A stretch of 42,361 nucleotides of DNA from Octopus bimaculoides (GCF_001194135.2 NC_068988.1:84955983-84998343), one strand, 5' to 3'. Counted from the first letter of the stretch, positions 21,604 to 34,966 are shown. Translations and numbers: made by a program. The notes: generated by a model not told the origin, from the sequence alone.

Positions 21604-24600
21604 ATGGAAGATTTATTAGCTGGGATAGTTGAGTTGAAAAAACAGCAACAACAACAACTCAAGGAACAACAAGAACAACAACAAGTATTGCAGCAGCAAA
21701 TGTTACACTTAATGAAGTTGATAACGGATCTGGAGAATACATTTTCACTTGACCATGTGGCAAGTTTGATAAACGAATTCAAATGACCCTAAGGAAGGAG
21801 TAACCTTCAAGGCTTTCTTTCAAAGATTTCAAGAAATTTTTGAAAAAAATACCAGGATTGGATGAACGATATGAAAACGCGTCTAGTGTTAAGAAAACTA
21901 GTGACAGCAGAGCATGAAAAGTATAGTAACTTCATATTGCCAAAAAAAGCATTTGACAATTTTCATCGACACAGTTGACATTTTGTGCAAAATGTTTAGT
22001 GAAAAGAGCTCACTGTTTAATACTAGATGGAAATGTTTAACCATAGAAAAGAGTGAAGATGAAGACTTCACTACTTACACAGGCAGAGTCAACAAAGAAT
22101 GTGAAAAATTTAGGCTAGATATGCTTACTCCAGATTCTTTCAAGTGTTTAATTTTTGCAGAAGGATTGACAGATAGAAAGGATGCAGAAATTCAATCAGA
22201 TAATCTATCAAAATTAGAAATGAACCAGGATTTGATAGTGCAGAAACTGTCAGAAGAGTGTCACAGGCTATTAAAATTAAGGCATGACACAGAAGAAATT
22301 CAACAGAAAGATTGTTTCCACATGAGACCAGTGCAAAAAAGTTGCAAGACAAAGTATTGCAGGAAAAACAAAAAATATTGGGATGTAGACCCATGTATGG
22401 TATGTGGTGGGATGTACCTGAAAAAAGATTGTTTTTATAACAAAGCGTGTTTCCACTGCAGGTTTACAGGACATAAAATCGCTCTGCAAAACTAGAATGA
22501 TATAAAATTGGAACAAACAAGAAAAAATAAATAGTTTGTAAACAGGAAAAGTTGTGACTACAACAAGCAAAGTTCGTGAATGTGAGAATTGAAAACACTA
22601 GTTGTCAGAATGCAAGTAGAAATGGGAAGTGATATCACAATCATAAATAAGAAAACATGAGAACAAATGGGTAAACCGAAATTATGTAGTTCAAACAAAA
22701 TAGCGCATGATGTCACAGGAAGAAAATTATTTTTCACGGGCAAACATGTTTGTAATATAATGTTTATAGGTCGAACCCAAAAAGCGAATGTTTATGTATT
22801 GAAAAAAATCCATGAATTTATTTGGCACTGAATGTATGGAGAAATTCAATTTATGGGATACACCCATAAGTGCTTTGTGCAATAAAGTAAATGGAATTGT
22901 CAAATGATCAAATGAGGTTAATGAACTGAAAAAAAAAATGAAAGAAACTTACCCAAAAGTTTTTGCACAAAAGCTAAAGTAAGATTGCTAGCAAAGAAAA
23001 TTCAACACCTGTTTTCAGGCCCTAACAGAATGTGCTGTTTGTGGTGGTAGATCAGGTCAATAAAGAACTAGAAAGGCTGGTAAGCCTAAATATAAGTGAA
23101 AAGACTGACCATGCAAGCTGGACAGAACCAGCAGTGTACATAAAAAATAATAATAAGCTAAGAGTGTGCGCAGACTTCTCAACCAGGTTAAGCGACTGTT
23201 AACTCACACACAATTACCCACTTCCAAGCCCAGAAGTTTTTGCCAAACTAAAAGTAGCACCTGCCATATTCCAACAAATAATGGATGCAATGTTAAGTGA
23301 TTGCGACTTCACCATTGCATACCTAGATGACATTCTGATAAAGAGCGAGTCTCAGGTGCAACATGTCGAACGCATAAAGAAAATATTCGAGAAAATAAGT
23401 GAATACAGACTAAAACTGACAGAAGAAAAATGCAAATTTTTTATGGAAAAAATAAAATACCTAGGTCAAGTAACCAATGAAAGTGGACAGAGACTGGAAC
23501 TATCAAGGGCGAAGGCAATACGAAATATGCTGACCCCCCCCCNNNNNNNNNNNNNNNNNNNNNNNNNNNCCCCCCCCCCCCAACGAACATGACAATACTA
23601 CAAGGATTCCTAGGCCTGACAAATTATTACCAAGTGTATATACCAAATATACATAAGGTAAGGGCACCACTAAATGAATTATTTAAAAAAATACCAAATG
23701 GATTTGGGCAGAGAAATGCCAGAAAGCATTTAATGAGTTAAAAGATGCATTAACTTCAGACTTGTATCTTATGCATTTTGACCCAAAGTTAGAGATAATA
23801 CTAGCTACAGATGCTAGCAACTATGGGATTGGAGCCATGCTCTTACACAAAGATAACGATGGCAGGAGAAAGGCTATAGCTCACACATCAAGGATATTAT
23901 TGCTGGTGGAAAAGAACTATAGCCAGAATGAAAAAGGGGTGTTGGTTATTATATCTGGTGTGAAAAAATTTCACAGGTTCATCTACAGCCAACGTTTTTG
24001 GTTGCAAACAGACCACAGACCTCTAATAATGACATACGGATTCAAGAAAGGAATCCCAACATGCAGCAAACAGAATGCAGCAGTGGGGTACCATTCTATT
24101 AAACGACGATTGTAGAATGGAATATCTGCTGTCAAAAAAGTTGGGTCATGCTGATGGTCTGTCTAGGCTAATTCTGAGAAATAATGAACCGCTGGAGGAC
24201 ACTGTAATAGCAGTGCTAAGTTTGGAAGCAGAAACAAAAACAAGTGATGTGGAATATCGTGTGTGAACTACCAGTAACTTTGGAAGAAATGCAAGAAATG
24301 ACAAATTTATTAATGAGACAAAAAACAGAAAATTGTGCTCAACAAAAAGAAATAAAGGTCTGATGCAAAGAACCGCCAAGACGTGAATTTGTACTCTATA
24401 TGTGATGGTGCACTAATGTATGCTCAGAGGGTGGTCATACCGCAGACATTACAGAAGAGAATGTGAAAAGAGTTCCATGTGGCACACCCAGGCATCTGTA
24501 GAATGAAAGCGCTGATGCAAAGTTTTGTATACTGGTCAAGCATGGACAAGGAAGTTGAAAACCTGGTAAGAGGCTGCAGAGGATGTGTGCTGGCAGTGAA

Positions 24601-25429
24601 ACTACTTACTACAAAATGTGAACCTTAGCTGGAAGTGAAAATACCATGGTCCCGATTGCATATTGATTTTGCAGGTCTGGTAAATGGATATTATTACTTA
24701 ATAGTAGTGGACAGCTACACAAAATAGCCTGAGGTCACGAGGTGTAAACGATTAACCTCACATACGGTAATAAACTTCTTACACAAGCTGTTTGCAAGAT
24801 TTCGTGTCCCAGATATAGTTGTCTCTGATAACAGTTTATAATTGATAACAGATATAATTGTCTCTGAACACAGTTTGTATCTTGTGAGCTTAAAAGATTT
24901 TGCGAGATGTTCATGTTAGAACATGAAAGTTAATAAGGAAACCAAGGACGAGGCTGCAATCCAACAATTTTTAAGGGTATACAGGGTAACTCTGAACCCA
25001 AATGTGCCAGAAGGAAGTTCACCAGCAGAATCAATGTTTGCCAGAAAGTGAAATCAGTATTCGATAAACTGTTACCAGTGAAGAAAAAAATGCATGCTAG
25101 GAAAGACATGCAAAAATTCTTTAAAATAGGTGATAAGGTATATGTAAGAATATACAAAAATGACAAGCAATACTGGGAAGAAGGGGAAATTGTGACATAC
25201 ATAGGAAGAATGATGTGTGGTGTAAGAAGCAGAAATGGAATGGAAAGGAGACATAGAAATCAGCTTAAGGAAAGAGTCATAGAAAAGGAACGATCAAGAG
25301 TAGAAATACCGATGGATTGGCTATATGGCACTTTTCAGGTTCCAACACTGTTGGAAGAAGTCGAAACCACATGTACAAGTAAAAGGAAGAACACTGAACC
25401 CCTAAACGTAGACCCTAAGAAGAAAAGAT

Positions 25430-25434
<5 letters not shown>
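21604..25434 (+). pseudogene. Disrupted gag-pol of the Gypsy element
   Basis: Gln-rich gag start, two Cys knuckles (CMVC, CFHC), protease MQVEMGSDITII (Asp to Glu), RT IAYLDDILI, RNase H ILATDASNYGIGA, integrase HPG...CRGC and HIDFAG. Many stops and frameshifts, plus deletions in RT and integrase. Confidence 0.93.

Positions 25435-25503
<69 letters not shown>
25435..25503. repeat. (AT)n microsatellite inside the LTR element, between the pol stop and the PPT
   Basis: Direct reading. Other (AT)n tracts occur at 1-60, 4394-4429, 14699-14740 and 29955-30040. Confidence 0.97.
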
Positions 25504-25506
<3 letters not shown>

Positions 25507-25561
25507 GAGGTACGGTGAATAAAAGAATCTGATTGTTAAATAAAATAATTAAAAGAGAAGA

Positions 25562-25904
25562 TGTTTTATAGTGAAACTGTACACCCCTCCCGGTAAAATG
25601 TGGTAGTAATAAGCCATTATAAACAGACCAGTAGCCAGTCAACAGAAGAAGGTGAGAAGGTCAAGAGTACGTGTAGACTGTGTTGATAGTCGTGTCTGTG
25701 TTGATATAGTAATCATGCTGTGATACTGAGTGGACATTATAACATTCCAACCTATTGAGGATAATAACACAGTACGACTGAGGGCCCGTACAGTGCCAGA
25801 TAGAACCATTCTATTGACAACTTCGTTAATATAACAATATCTGTCACAGCAACAACGATTGTAAAAAGGCAGATAGAAAAGTGGTAAAAGACTGCTTTAC
25901 AACA
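25562..25904 (+). repeat. 3' LTR (343 bp)
   Basis: Starts TGTTTTA directly after the PPT AAAAGAGAAGA (25551-25561) and ends TACAACA. Confidence 0.93.
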
Positions 25905-26208
25905 GAAACAAGGCCAACCCTTTGAACTACAAGTTCAGTCCATCTGGTATACTTTGCACACACTTAGCTCTGCCCAAATTCATTCACAAGGCTTGAGACT
26001 ACATAGGACCATGGTGAAAGATATTTGCCCAAGATGTTAGTTAGTGATATGAAACCACATGGCTATACCTGTGTCCATATATATATAATCAGATATGGAT
26101 AGCCAGATAGGCATCCCTTATATTTGTGGCTCAAACAAACTTTTAACTCCGTTTAACTGGTTTCTGAAGTTGAATAACAATAAAAGGATGTTTTTAAGCA
26201 CACACACA

Positions 26209-26247
<39 letters not shown>

Positions 26248-26289
26248 ACAGACCCTCTGCATTCAGGGCTTAGGTATTACTGCTGTGTA

Positions 26290-26580
26290 ACAATGTACTT
26301 TGCACTCAAACATCATCATACAATTTAATCTTCACTTGAGGACGGACAACACCTTTTAATGCCAACAGTAGTTGTAGCACCCTGAATTTTTCCCACCCCT
26401 TTCCTGCCTTGGCAACTATGCTTTTAGAACACTCACCCCAGCAACTGATTAGATCTCCTACGAAACAAAAGCTACTGATACCTTCTAAAGAACCTTGTGA
26501 ACAACTGAGAGAATCTATTCCCCACTCAGTCCCTGGATACATTCCTTGCTTAATGCTTCTGTACACCTGAGACATACAAA
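26290..26580 (-). mobile_element. RTE reverse-transcriptase remnant
   Basis: SFCFVGDLISCWGECSKSIVAKAGKGWEKFRVL...KIKLYD resembles the RTE FxYLG...IxxAWxxF...LY segment. Confidence 0.75.
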
Positions 26581-26733
26581 GGTGGTTTTTGCAGTTAGTC
26601 TACATTATATATATATATATATATATATACATACATACATACATACATACACACATACATATGTGTGTGTGTGTAACCATCTCTTTCTCTCTCTTTCTTA
26701 CTGTTTTAAATGACAATAATATAGTAGTAGTAA

Positions 26734-26783
<50 letters not shown>

Positions 26784-26784
<1 letters not shown>

Positions 26785-27610
26785 AACATCAGCAGACGAC
26801 TGTGTGGAGTTAGCTAGAGTAGATATAACCTCATATGTAGGTAATAATGAAGAAAGTTTATTAAGAGCTGCTAGAGTAACAGTAGGACGTAGAGAAACCA
26901 AAAGGCCAAATGAAGTTCGAAACCAGAAAAAAAGAAGAAAGATTAATATGGCTGGTAAGAGAAGGCTTTACATGGTAGATTGTCAAAGATAATTGTGGGA
27001 AATAGTAATAGTTAGACATAGTTATGGTTGCAGAAAGGAAGGTTGAAAAGGGAGACAATGTTTGTTAGTAACAGCACAAGATCAAGCATTGAGGACTAAG
27101 TGGATAAAAGTCAAGAGAGATAAAAACCAGGTAGATTTCCAATGTAGGATATGTAAATCAAAAGAACAAAGTGTTATTCATATAGTGAGTGAATGTAGCA
27201 TGCTGGCACAGAAAGAATACAAGAAAAGACATGACATCTTAGGGAGAATAATCCACTGGGAGTTATGTAGAAAGCTAGGATTCAACCATACTGATAGATA
27301 GTATGAACACAAACCTAGTAAAGTGCTAGAAAATAAGAAATATAAAATGTGGAATTTAAACATTCAGACACAGAGAGAGAGTAATAGAAGCTAGAAGAAC
27401 TGATAATTGATTTTACAGTCCCAAATGATGAGCAAGTTAATATGAGAGGTATAGAGAAAATAGTAAAGTACCAGGACCTAGCCACTGAGTTAGAGAGGCT
27501 ATGGAAAGTGCAGATAAAATGTAGTTATAGTTGCATTAGGAACAGATGGATAGACGAAATAGGTATAAAACCTTGTTTAGTGCAGCTCCAGAAAACAGTG
27601 TTATTAAGGG
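26784..27610 (+). mobile_element. R4/Dong-like RLE non-LTR fragment
   Basis: AQDQALRT, CRICKSKEQSVIHIVSEC (CCHC knuckle), RHDILGRIIHWELC, KYQDLATELERLW. Begins right after a (GTA)n tract. Confidence 0.92.
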
Positions 27611-27865
27611 CAGGGGATGGTGGCGAACCCTGCTGTACTCTTCCACCACAACTTTCTCTCACTCTTACTTCCTGTTTCTGTTGTGCCTGTAATTCAAAGG
27701 GTCAGCCTTGTCACACTGTGTCACACTGAATATCCCCGAGAACTACGTTAAGGGTACACGTGTCTGTGGAGTGCTCAGTCACTTGCACATTAATTTCATG
27801 AGCAGGCTGTTCCGTTGATTGGATCAACTGGAACCCTCGACGTCGTAAATGACGGAGTGCCAACA

Positions 27866-27866
<1 letters not shown>
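27611..27866 (+). mobile_element. 3' part of a third-family SINE
   Basis: Reverse-complement match to 4899-5090 (AATTCAAAGGG...GGATCAACTGGAACCCTC). Confidence 0.8.
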
Positions 27867-27915
<49 letters not shown>

Positions 27916-28125
27916 NNNNNNNNNNNNNNNNNNNNNNNNNNNNNNNNGTGTGTATTTATATATATTTTTAGGAAGATAAAAGTTGTGGCCAGTCATTGAG
28001 TGACCATTGGATTTGCACCTACAAAGCACTTAGCAATATAGGCAACTCGCCAGGCTCAAATGGCTGAAGGCACATAACCTCTACAACTAGAAGAAATGAG
28101 TAACAGTCAGTTGGTTTGTGAACAA

Positions 28126-28160
<35 letters not shown>

Positions 28161-28675
28161 CAAGAAACAGAAGGGAGCCATCAGTCAAGTTCTAGGAATT
28201 AAAATGCAAATGATACTTATTTTATCAACACTAGAAGGAAGAAAAACAAGTATGCCTGGGCAGGATTTGAACTCAGTATCTAACTAAACACTGCAAGGTA
28301 TTTTTGTCTGACACTCAACTGGTTCTGTTAATCCATTGCCCACTTCGCAGGATAAATAGCCTTTTTTATTTTATCTTTCTTTGATTTAGTTTTTATTTGT
28401 TTCTTAACTAATTCTTTTCTTTTTATTTCAAAACTATCTGGAATGTTCTGAAAGACAACATAATCACAGAACATCACAGTTTCTATTGTCTAATTTAGAT
28501 ACTTAAATATTTGTAGACAACTGGTTCAGCCATATTTGCCTGTGTGTTTTCTTTTTTTTTTTTTCTTTAACATTTATCCTGTTTTCTCTTCTCTTTTAAT
28601 CAATCACACAGGCTATATGTCACGGCGGAGGGAAGTATACCACCTGGCAGTGAATGTCCTGTGTGCGTGTTTGGT

Positions 28676-28945
28676 GATGACCGTGATGATAATGATGGTG
28701 GTTATGGTGGTAGTGGCTTTGATAGTGATGGTGATGATGATGGTGATGATGACAATGGTAATAATATGGTGACCATGATGGTGATGGTAATGATGATGAT
28801 GATGATGGTCATGATATTGACAATAAATATAGCAATGTTGATAGTGATGATAATGATGATGATGATATCAATGAGAATAACAATGGTAATGGAGATGGTG
28901 ATGGAGATGATGATGATGATGATGATGACAACAGCGACAATGAAT
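28676..28945. repeat. Degenerate (GAT/GGT/AAT)n low-complexity tract
   Basis: Direct reading. Confidence 0.9.
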
Positions 28946-29773
28946 CATATGTGGAATGCACCATCTGCAAAATGGAGGTCTTGACAAACGAATTTGCAAC
29001 ACATGCTTGATTCCTATTTACTCTGCAAAATGTCATAGGTAGGGCATGAACATCACAAATTCCACCGTTTTAACATTCTCCCACTGATGGCTGTATTATT
29101 TGCAAGACTTGAGAGCATGGGATAAATAAATATTAACCCCGACAACAATAAATAAAAGGACAAAGCAAAGAAAACATCAACTTGGCACTTTCTTTTTTAT
29201 GATAAAACACAGCTGATTCTCAGCCTTGACCATTTTCTTCCTATGTCAATAATTGTTGTTGCTATAGTGGTAGTGGAATGGTAACAGTCTTAGTCTAAAT
29301 ACCTTTATTTTAATTTATATTGTAATTAGTTAAGGAAAGGATTATTGGCTAGAACTTCACAACTTGACAATCACTGGGTCAGTGCATTTCTTAGTGCAAG
29401 TGTAGGGAGTGTTCGTAACATAAGGCAGAAAAATTATTGCAAAGGATTTCATCTGAGAAGCACTGGTTATGGCAAAGGACTTCATCAGGAGAGCATCGTT
29501 TTCATCATCATTTTAATGTTTACTTCTCCATGCTCCTATGAGTCAGATGGAATTTGATGAGGGAGATTTTCTACAGCCAAATGCCCTTCCTTCCTGTTAT
29601 CAACCCTCCCTGGTTCCTGAGCAAGATAATATTTCTCCAGGATCAGGTATGTTTCCATGGAAAACTAGAAACAAATTATAGTACTTGCATAACACTGAAG
29701 CTCATTTACAATCATCACACAATATCTAGACAAGGAGACACAAACACATTAAGAAATACATACACACACACTT

Positions 29774-29808
<35 letters not shown>

Positions 29809-29953
29809 GAACTTCTTTCAGTTCCCATCAGGCACAGGGCTTTGATTGACCTGAAGCTCTATTAAAAGATACTTGTGCCAGGTACAATGCAGTGGAACTG
29901 AACTCAAACGGGATGTTGGAAAGCAAACTTTTTAACTACATAACCTACCTGTG

Positions 29954-30041
<88 letters not shown>

Positions 30042-30049
30042 GTATATGT

Positions 30050-30672
30050 CATCATCATCTTCATTTAACGTCTGCTTTCCATGCTGGCATGGGTTGGACG
30101 GTTTGACTAAAAACTGGTAAGCTGGGGAGCTGCATCAGATTCCAGTCTGATTTTCCATGGTCTCTACAGAACCAATCCAACAGTGTAGTGGATGCTTTTT
30201 ACATGCCACTGGCTTGAGTGCCAGTTACGCAGCACCAGCTTCAGTCATGACTACGATCTCACTTGGCTTGGCAGGTCGTCTGAAGCACGGTATATCACCA
30301 AAGGTCCCGATCTTGTCACTGCCTCCATGAGGCCCAATGTTCGCACAGTGCTTTTTATGTGCCACCGGCACAGGTGTCGGTTATACGACACTGGCATTGG
30401 CCATGACTACGATTCTACTTGGTTTGCCTCGTCTTTTCAACCACAGCATATCATCCATTATTCGAGGGTGCTTTTTACATGCCAGTTACGTAACATTGGC
30501 ATTGACCACAACTACAATTTCACTTTGACAGGTCTTCTCAAGCACAACAGATCGCCAAAGGTCTTGGTCACTTATTATTGTCTCTAGGAGGCCTAATGTT
30601 TAAAGATCATGCTTCACCACCTCGTCCCATGTCTTCTTGGTCTACTGCTTCCACAGGTTACCTCCACCATAT
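30050..30672 (-). mobile_element. RTE 3' end: ORF terminus plus 3' UTR with tandem subrepeats and (GAT)n tail
   Basis: Minus strand near 30600-30670 reads EVTCGSSRP then KTWDEVVKHDL (frameshift), continuous with the same 3' UTR seen in the other copies. Confidence 0.8.
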
Positions 30673-31460
30673 ATAATTTGTATGTGTTTGTGTGGTGTGT
30701 GTGTGTGTGTATGTGTATATATATNNNNNNNNNNNNNNNNNNNNNNNNNNNNNNNNNNNNNNNNNNNNNNNNNNNNNNNNNNNNNNNNNNNNNNNNNNNN
30801 NNNNNNNNNNNNNNNNNNNNNNNNNNNNNNNNNNNNNNNNNNNNNNNNNNNNNNNNNNNNNNNNNNNNNNNNNNNNNNNNNNNNNNNNNNNNNNNNNNNN
30901 NNNNNNNNNNNNNNNNNNNNNNNNNNNNNNNNNNNNNNNNNNNNNNNNNNNNNNNNNNNNNNNNNNNNNNNNNNNNNNNNNNNNNNNNNNNNNNNNNNNN
31001 NNNNNNNNNNNNNNNNNNNNNNNNNNNNNNNNNNNNNNNNNNNNNNNNNNNNNNNNNNNNNNNNNNNNNNNNNNNNNNNNNNNNNNNNNNNNNNNNNNNN
31101 NNNNNNNNNNNNNNNNNNNNNNNNNNNNNNNNNNNNNNNNNNNNNNNNNNNNNNNNNNNNNNNNNNNNNNNNNNNNNNNNNNNNNNNNNNNNNNNNNNNN
31201 NNNNNNNNNNNNNNNNNNNNNNNNNNNNNNNNNNNNNNNNNNNNNNNNNNNNNNNNNNNNNNNNNNNNNNNNNNNNNNNNNNNNNNNNNNNNNNNNNNNN
31301 NNNNNNNNNNNNNNNNNNNNNNNNNNNNNNNNNNNNNNNNNNNNNNNNNNNNNNNNNNNNNNNNNNNNNNNNNNNNNNNNNNNNNNNNNNNNNNNNNNNN
31401 NNNNNNNNNNNNNNNNNNNNNNNNNNNNNNNNNNNNNNNNNNNNNNNNNNNNNNNNNNNN

Positions 31461-31877
31461 CTGATCAAATTCATCCTATGGTTGCGGAACTGTTTCCAGG
31501 GGGAAATGCAATCTTTCAGGATGATAATGCACCAATTCACACAGCTAAAGTTGTTACTGAATGGCACAGGGAACATTCTAGTGAAGCTGAACATCTTATC
31601 TGGCCAATACAGTCCCCAGATCTCAATATTATTGAACATTTATGGTGCATTTTAGAAAAGTAAGGAGTTGATATCCTCCACCATCATCACTACAAAAACT
31701 AAAGACTGTTTTAGCTGAAGAATGGACAAAAATTCCTTTGGAAACAATTCAACCTTTGTACGAGTCTACGCCTCATAGAATTCATGCTGTAATTACTGCC
31801 AAAGGTGGTCCAACCCCATATAAAAATAAATTTGTTTGAAATTTTAAGGTGTTCCCATGATTTTGTCCAAACCCCTG
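31461..31877 (+). mobile_element. Tc1-like DNA transposon 3' part, DD36E transposase pseudogene with right TIR
   Basis: FQDDNAPIH...WPIQSPDLNIIEHLW, with D codon at 31523 and E codon at 31634 (36 residues between). Frameshift and stop, then ...AKGGPTPY. Ends GTCCAAACCCCTG|TA. The 5' part lies in the gap. Confidence 0.9.
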
Positions 31878-32735
31878 TATATATTTCTTGAATTATTTTT
31901 TTAAGTGTTTCAGGTTTAAAGCTGCATTCATGCTAGTGCACCACTGTTATATNNNNNNNNNNNNNNNNNNNNNNNNNNNNNNNNNNNNNNNNNNNNNNNN
32001 NNNNNNNNNNNNNNNNNNNNNNNNNNNNNNNNNNNNNNNNNNNNNNNNNNNNNNNNNNNNNNNNNNNNNNNNNNNNNNNNNNNNNNNNNNNNNNNNNNNN
32101 NNNNNNNNNNNNNNNNNNNNNNNNNNNNNNNNNNNNNNNNNNNNNNNNNNNNNNNNNNNNNNNNNNNNNNNNNNNNNNNNNNNNNNNNNNNNNNNNNNNN
32201 NNNNNNNNNNNNNNNNNNNNNNNNNNNNNNNNNNNNNNNNNNNNNNNNNNNNNNNNNNNNNNNNNNNNNNNNNNNNNNNNNNNNNNNNNNNNNNNNNNNN
32301 NNNNNNNNNNNNNNNNNNNNNNNNNNNNNNNNNNNNNNNNNNNNNNNNNNNNNNNNNNNNNNNNNNNNNNNNNNNNNNNNNNNNNNNNNNNNNNNNNNNN
32401 NNNNNNNNNNNNNNNNNNNNNNNNNNNNNNNNNNNNNNNNNNNNNNNNNNNNNNNNNNNNNNNNNNNNNNNNNNNNNNNNNNNNNNNNNNNNNNNNNNNN
32501 NNNNNNNNNNNNNNNNNNNNNNNNNNNNNNNNNNNNNNNNNNNNNNNNNNNNNNNNNNNNNNNNNNNNNNNNNNNNNNNNNNNNNNNNNNNNNNNNNNNN
32601 NNNNNNNNNNNNNNNNNNNNNNNNNNNNNNNNNNNNNNNNNNNNNNNNNNNNNNNNNNNNNNNNNNNNNNNNNNNNNNNNNNNNNNNNNNNNNNNNNNAT
32701 ATATATATATATATATAATATAAATTGTATATATA

Positions 32736-33185
32736 TCATCATCATCATCATTGTTTAACGTCTGCTCTCCATGCTGGCATGGGTTGGATGGTGCGACTGA
32801 GGACTGGAGAGCAAGATAGCTGCACCAGGCTCCAGTCTGATCTGACAGAGTTTCTACAGCTGGATGTCCTTCCTAACATCAACCACTTCAAGAGTGTAGT
32901 GAGTGCTTTTACGTGCCACCAGCATGAGGGCCAGTCAGGCGGTACTGGCAATGGCCATGCTCAAATGGTGTTTTTTACATGCCACCTGCACAGGAGCCAG
33001 TCCAGAGGCACTGGCAATGACCTCGCTTGAATGTTATTATTCACGTGCAACCGGCACAAGTGCCAGTAAGGCGATGCTGGTAACAATCACACTCGAATGG
33101 TGTTTTTACATGCCACTGGCATGGGAGCCAGTCAGTGGCCTTGGCTCAGATGGTGCTCTTAGCGCTCCATTAGCACGTATGCCAG

Positions 33186-33187
<2 letters not shown>
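32736..33187 (-). mobile_element. RTE-type 3' UTR copy with four ~65-bp subrepeats
   Basis: (CAT)n tail, the family core, then tandem TTTTACRTGCCAC...GCCAGT...ACTGGC units. Confidence 0.85.
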
Positions 33188-33222
<35 letters not shown>

Positions 33223-33384
33223 TACACACACACACACATATATATATACATACACACACACACACACATACACACACATATACATACACACACACACATA
33301 TATATATACATACACACACACACACATATATATTATATATATTTTCATACAATATTTTATTTATTTATTTATACATATATAATT

Positions 33385-33434
<50 letters not shown>

Positions 33435-34111
33435 AATTATGTGTGTGTGTGTATATATAACTAGATAGAGATATTGATACACACATACACATACATAGGT
33501 CTTAAGGCAGTTAAAGTTTGATAGGAGTAGCAGCTGTATATACTGTAATCCTCCAAAATCATATCAGACAGCAGTAACTAAGAATAAGAAATGAGCTGGA
33601 CTATGAGGACCTGTTCAATCTATGCCTGTATTGAAAGTGAACACTGAACAATGTCCATGATGACAATGCTGGCATACAAATGTCGACAAATAATGACATG
33701 CATGACAAAATTTAAAGTATAGCACATGGATGACTGTAGGGATATAAAAACTTCAATACCCATACAACATGATTGTGAATAAACACATATAAAATGTTAG
33801 TATTCTATATTGTATGTTCTAGAAACATATTTTATCTCATGTTTATTCTATACATGGTATATTAGTCTGGTTATAAGTGTGTGTGTTGTGCACATGTATG
33901 TAAATTGTCTAAAAGTCCATAAGTCAGGAAAAAATGCACTCGTATATCTGTCAAGACATATTTATATATATTCAGACTATTATTGTATATGTGATATAAT
34001 TTTAATGCCTAATTGTTAGCTATAGAGCTTTACAGTTTCTAAGCATATCATAATTTCTATAACGTAGGATGTTTTAATGACAGAGATAGATAGTTTATGA
34101 TCAGTCTTTAA

Positions 34112-34288
34112 CTCTTTAGTACTCATATTAACCTATCATCTGCAATGCATTTTTTATTCCATTATAATGTGATTGTTTATATTTAGAATGACATTGTAGG
34201 GAAGGTGTGAGAGGCCAGATTGGGCCAGTTTGAACATAAAACAAGTTAAATGTTTGGGCTGGATATGGGCTGTTTAAATGTTAAAGGT
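34112..34288. mobile_element. TTAA-flanked MITE (piggyBac-like), degenerate
   Basis: TTAA at 34108-11 and 34289-92. Termini CTCTTTAGTA and (reverse complement) ACCTTTAACA both approximate CCCTTTAGCA. Confidence 0.55.
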
Positions 34289-34528
34289 TTAAAGAAAAAC
34301 AGAACTAGCTATACGAATTAGAAGCAGTTCGAGTGCTCTAAGAAGGGACCTATGTAAGTTGTCTTGCTTGACTATGACTTACTTTCAGGTGTTTTTACAC
34401 CAGCTGCATAGAAAAGGTATTCTCTTATATCTAAAATCTGCAGCCGAACCACGAACTAACAACACACATATCTTGTGTATGTGTATTCGATTTTGTTTAT
34501 ATATCTATATAAATATATATATATATAT

Positions 34529-34680
34529 GCAGGCATGGTCATGTGGGTAGGTGCAGGTGTGACTGTGTGATAAGGAGTGGCAAGTGTCTTTTTCTACAGC
34601 CTCGGATAACCAGAGCCTTGTGAATGGATTTGGTAGAGAGAAACTGAAGGAAGCATATCATATATGTGTGTGTGAGTGTT

Positions 34681-34711
<31 letters not shown>

Positions 34712-34915
34712 CTGTGTTTGTCTCCCACCACTGCTTGACAGCCGGTGTTTGGGCGTTTACATCCCCGTAACTTCGCAGTTTGGCAAAAGAGACCAATAGG
34801 ATAAGTACCACGCTTAACAAAAAATAAGCACTGGGTTTGTTTCATTCGACTAAGAAAAATTCAAGTCAGTGCTCCAGCATGGCCACAGTCTGCTGACTGA
34901 AACAAGTAAAAGATG
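34529..34915 (+). mobile_element. tRNA-derived SINE (second family)
   Basis: Same body and end as 330-933. Partial copies of this family also occur near 1720-1880, 4430-4600, 6225-6400, 12540-12640, 17470-17625, 25920-26070, 29800-29950, 39750-39910 and 42165-42330. Confidence 0.8.
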
Positions 34916-34929
34916 AAGATAAAAAACAT

Positions 34930-34966
<37 letters not shown>

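Larger units (their letters stand above)
21105..25904 (+). mobile_element. Full-length decayed Ty3/Gypsy (Mag-like) LTR retrotransposon
   Basis: Two LTRs with TG...CA-type termini, PBS, PPT, TSD GTAAC(21100-04)/GAAAC(25905-09), and gag-PR-RT-RH-INT order. Confidence 0.95.

Noticed and set aside
28640-29010. Acidic D/N/G-rich ORF bracketed by ECPVC and ECTIC
   Set aside because: Needs a frameshift; the middle is a common degenerate (GAT)n tract and the first CxxC derives from GT-repeat-like sequence.
30609-32751. Long ORFs spanning N runs (also at 1031-1779, 2949-3718 and 13732-14954)
   Set aside because: Artefacts of translating assembly gaps; only the Tc1 part after 31461 is real coding-derived sequence.
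32900-33160. CRISPR-like reading of the ~65-bp units
   Set aside because: Eukaryotic context, degenerate repeats, 'spacers' homologous to each other, and no cas genes; it is a LINE 3' UTR array.
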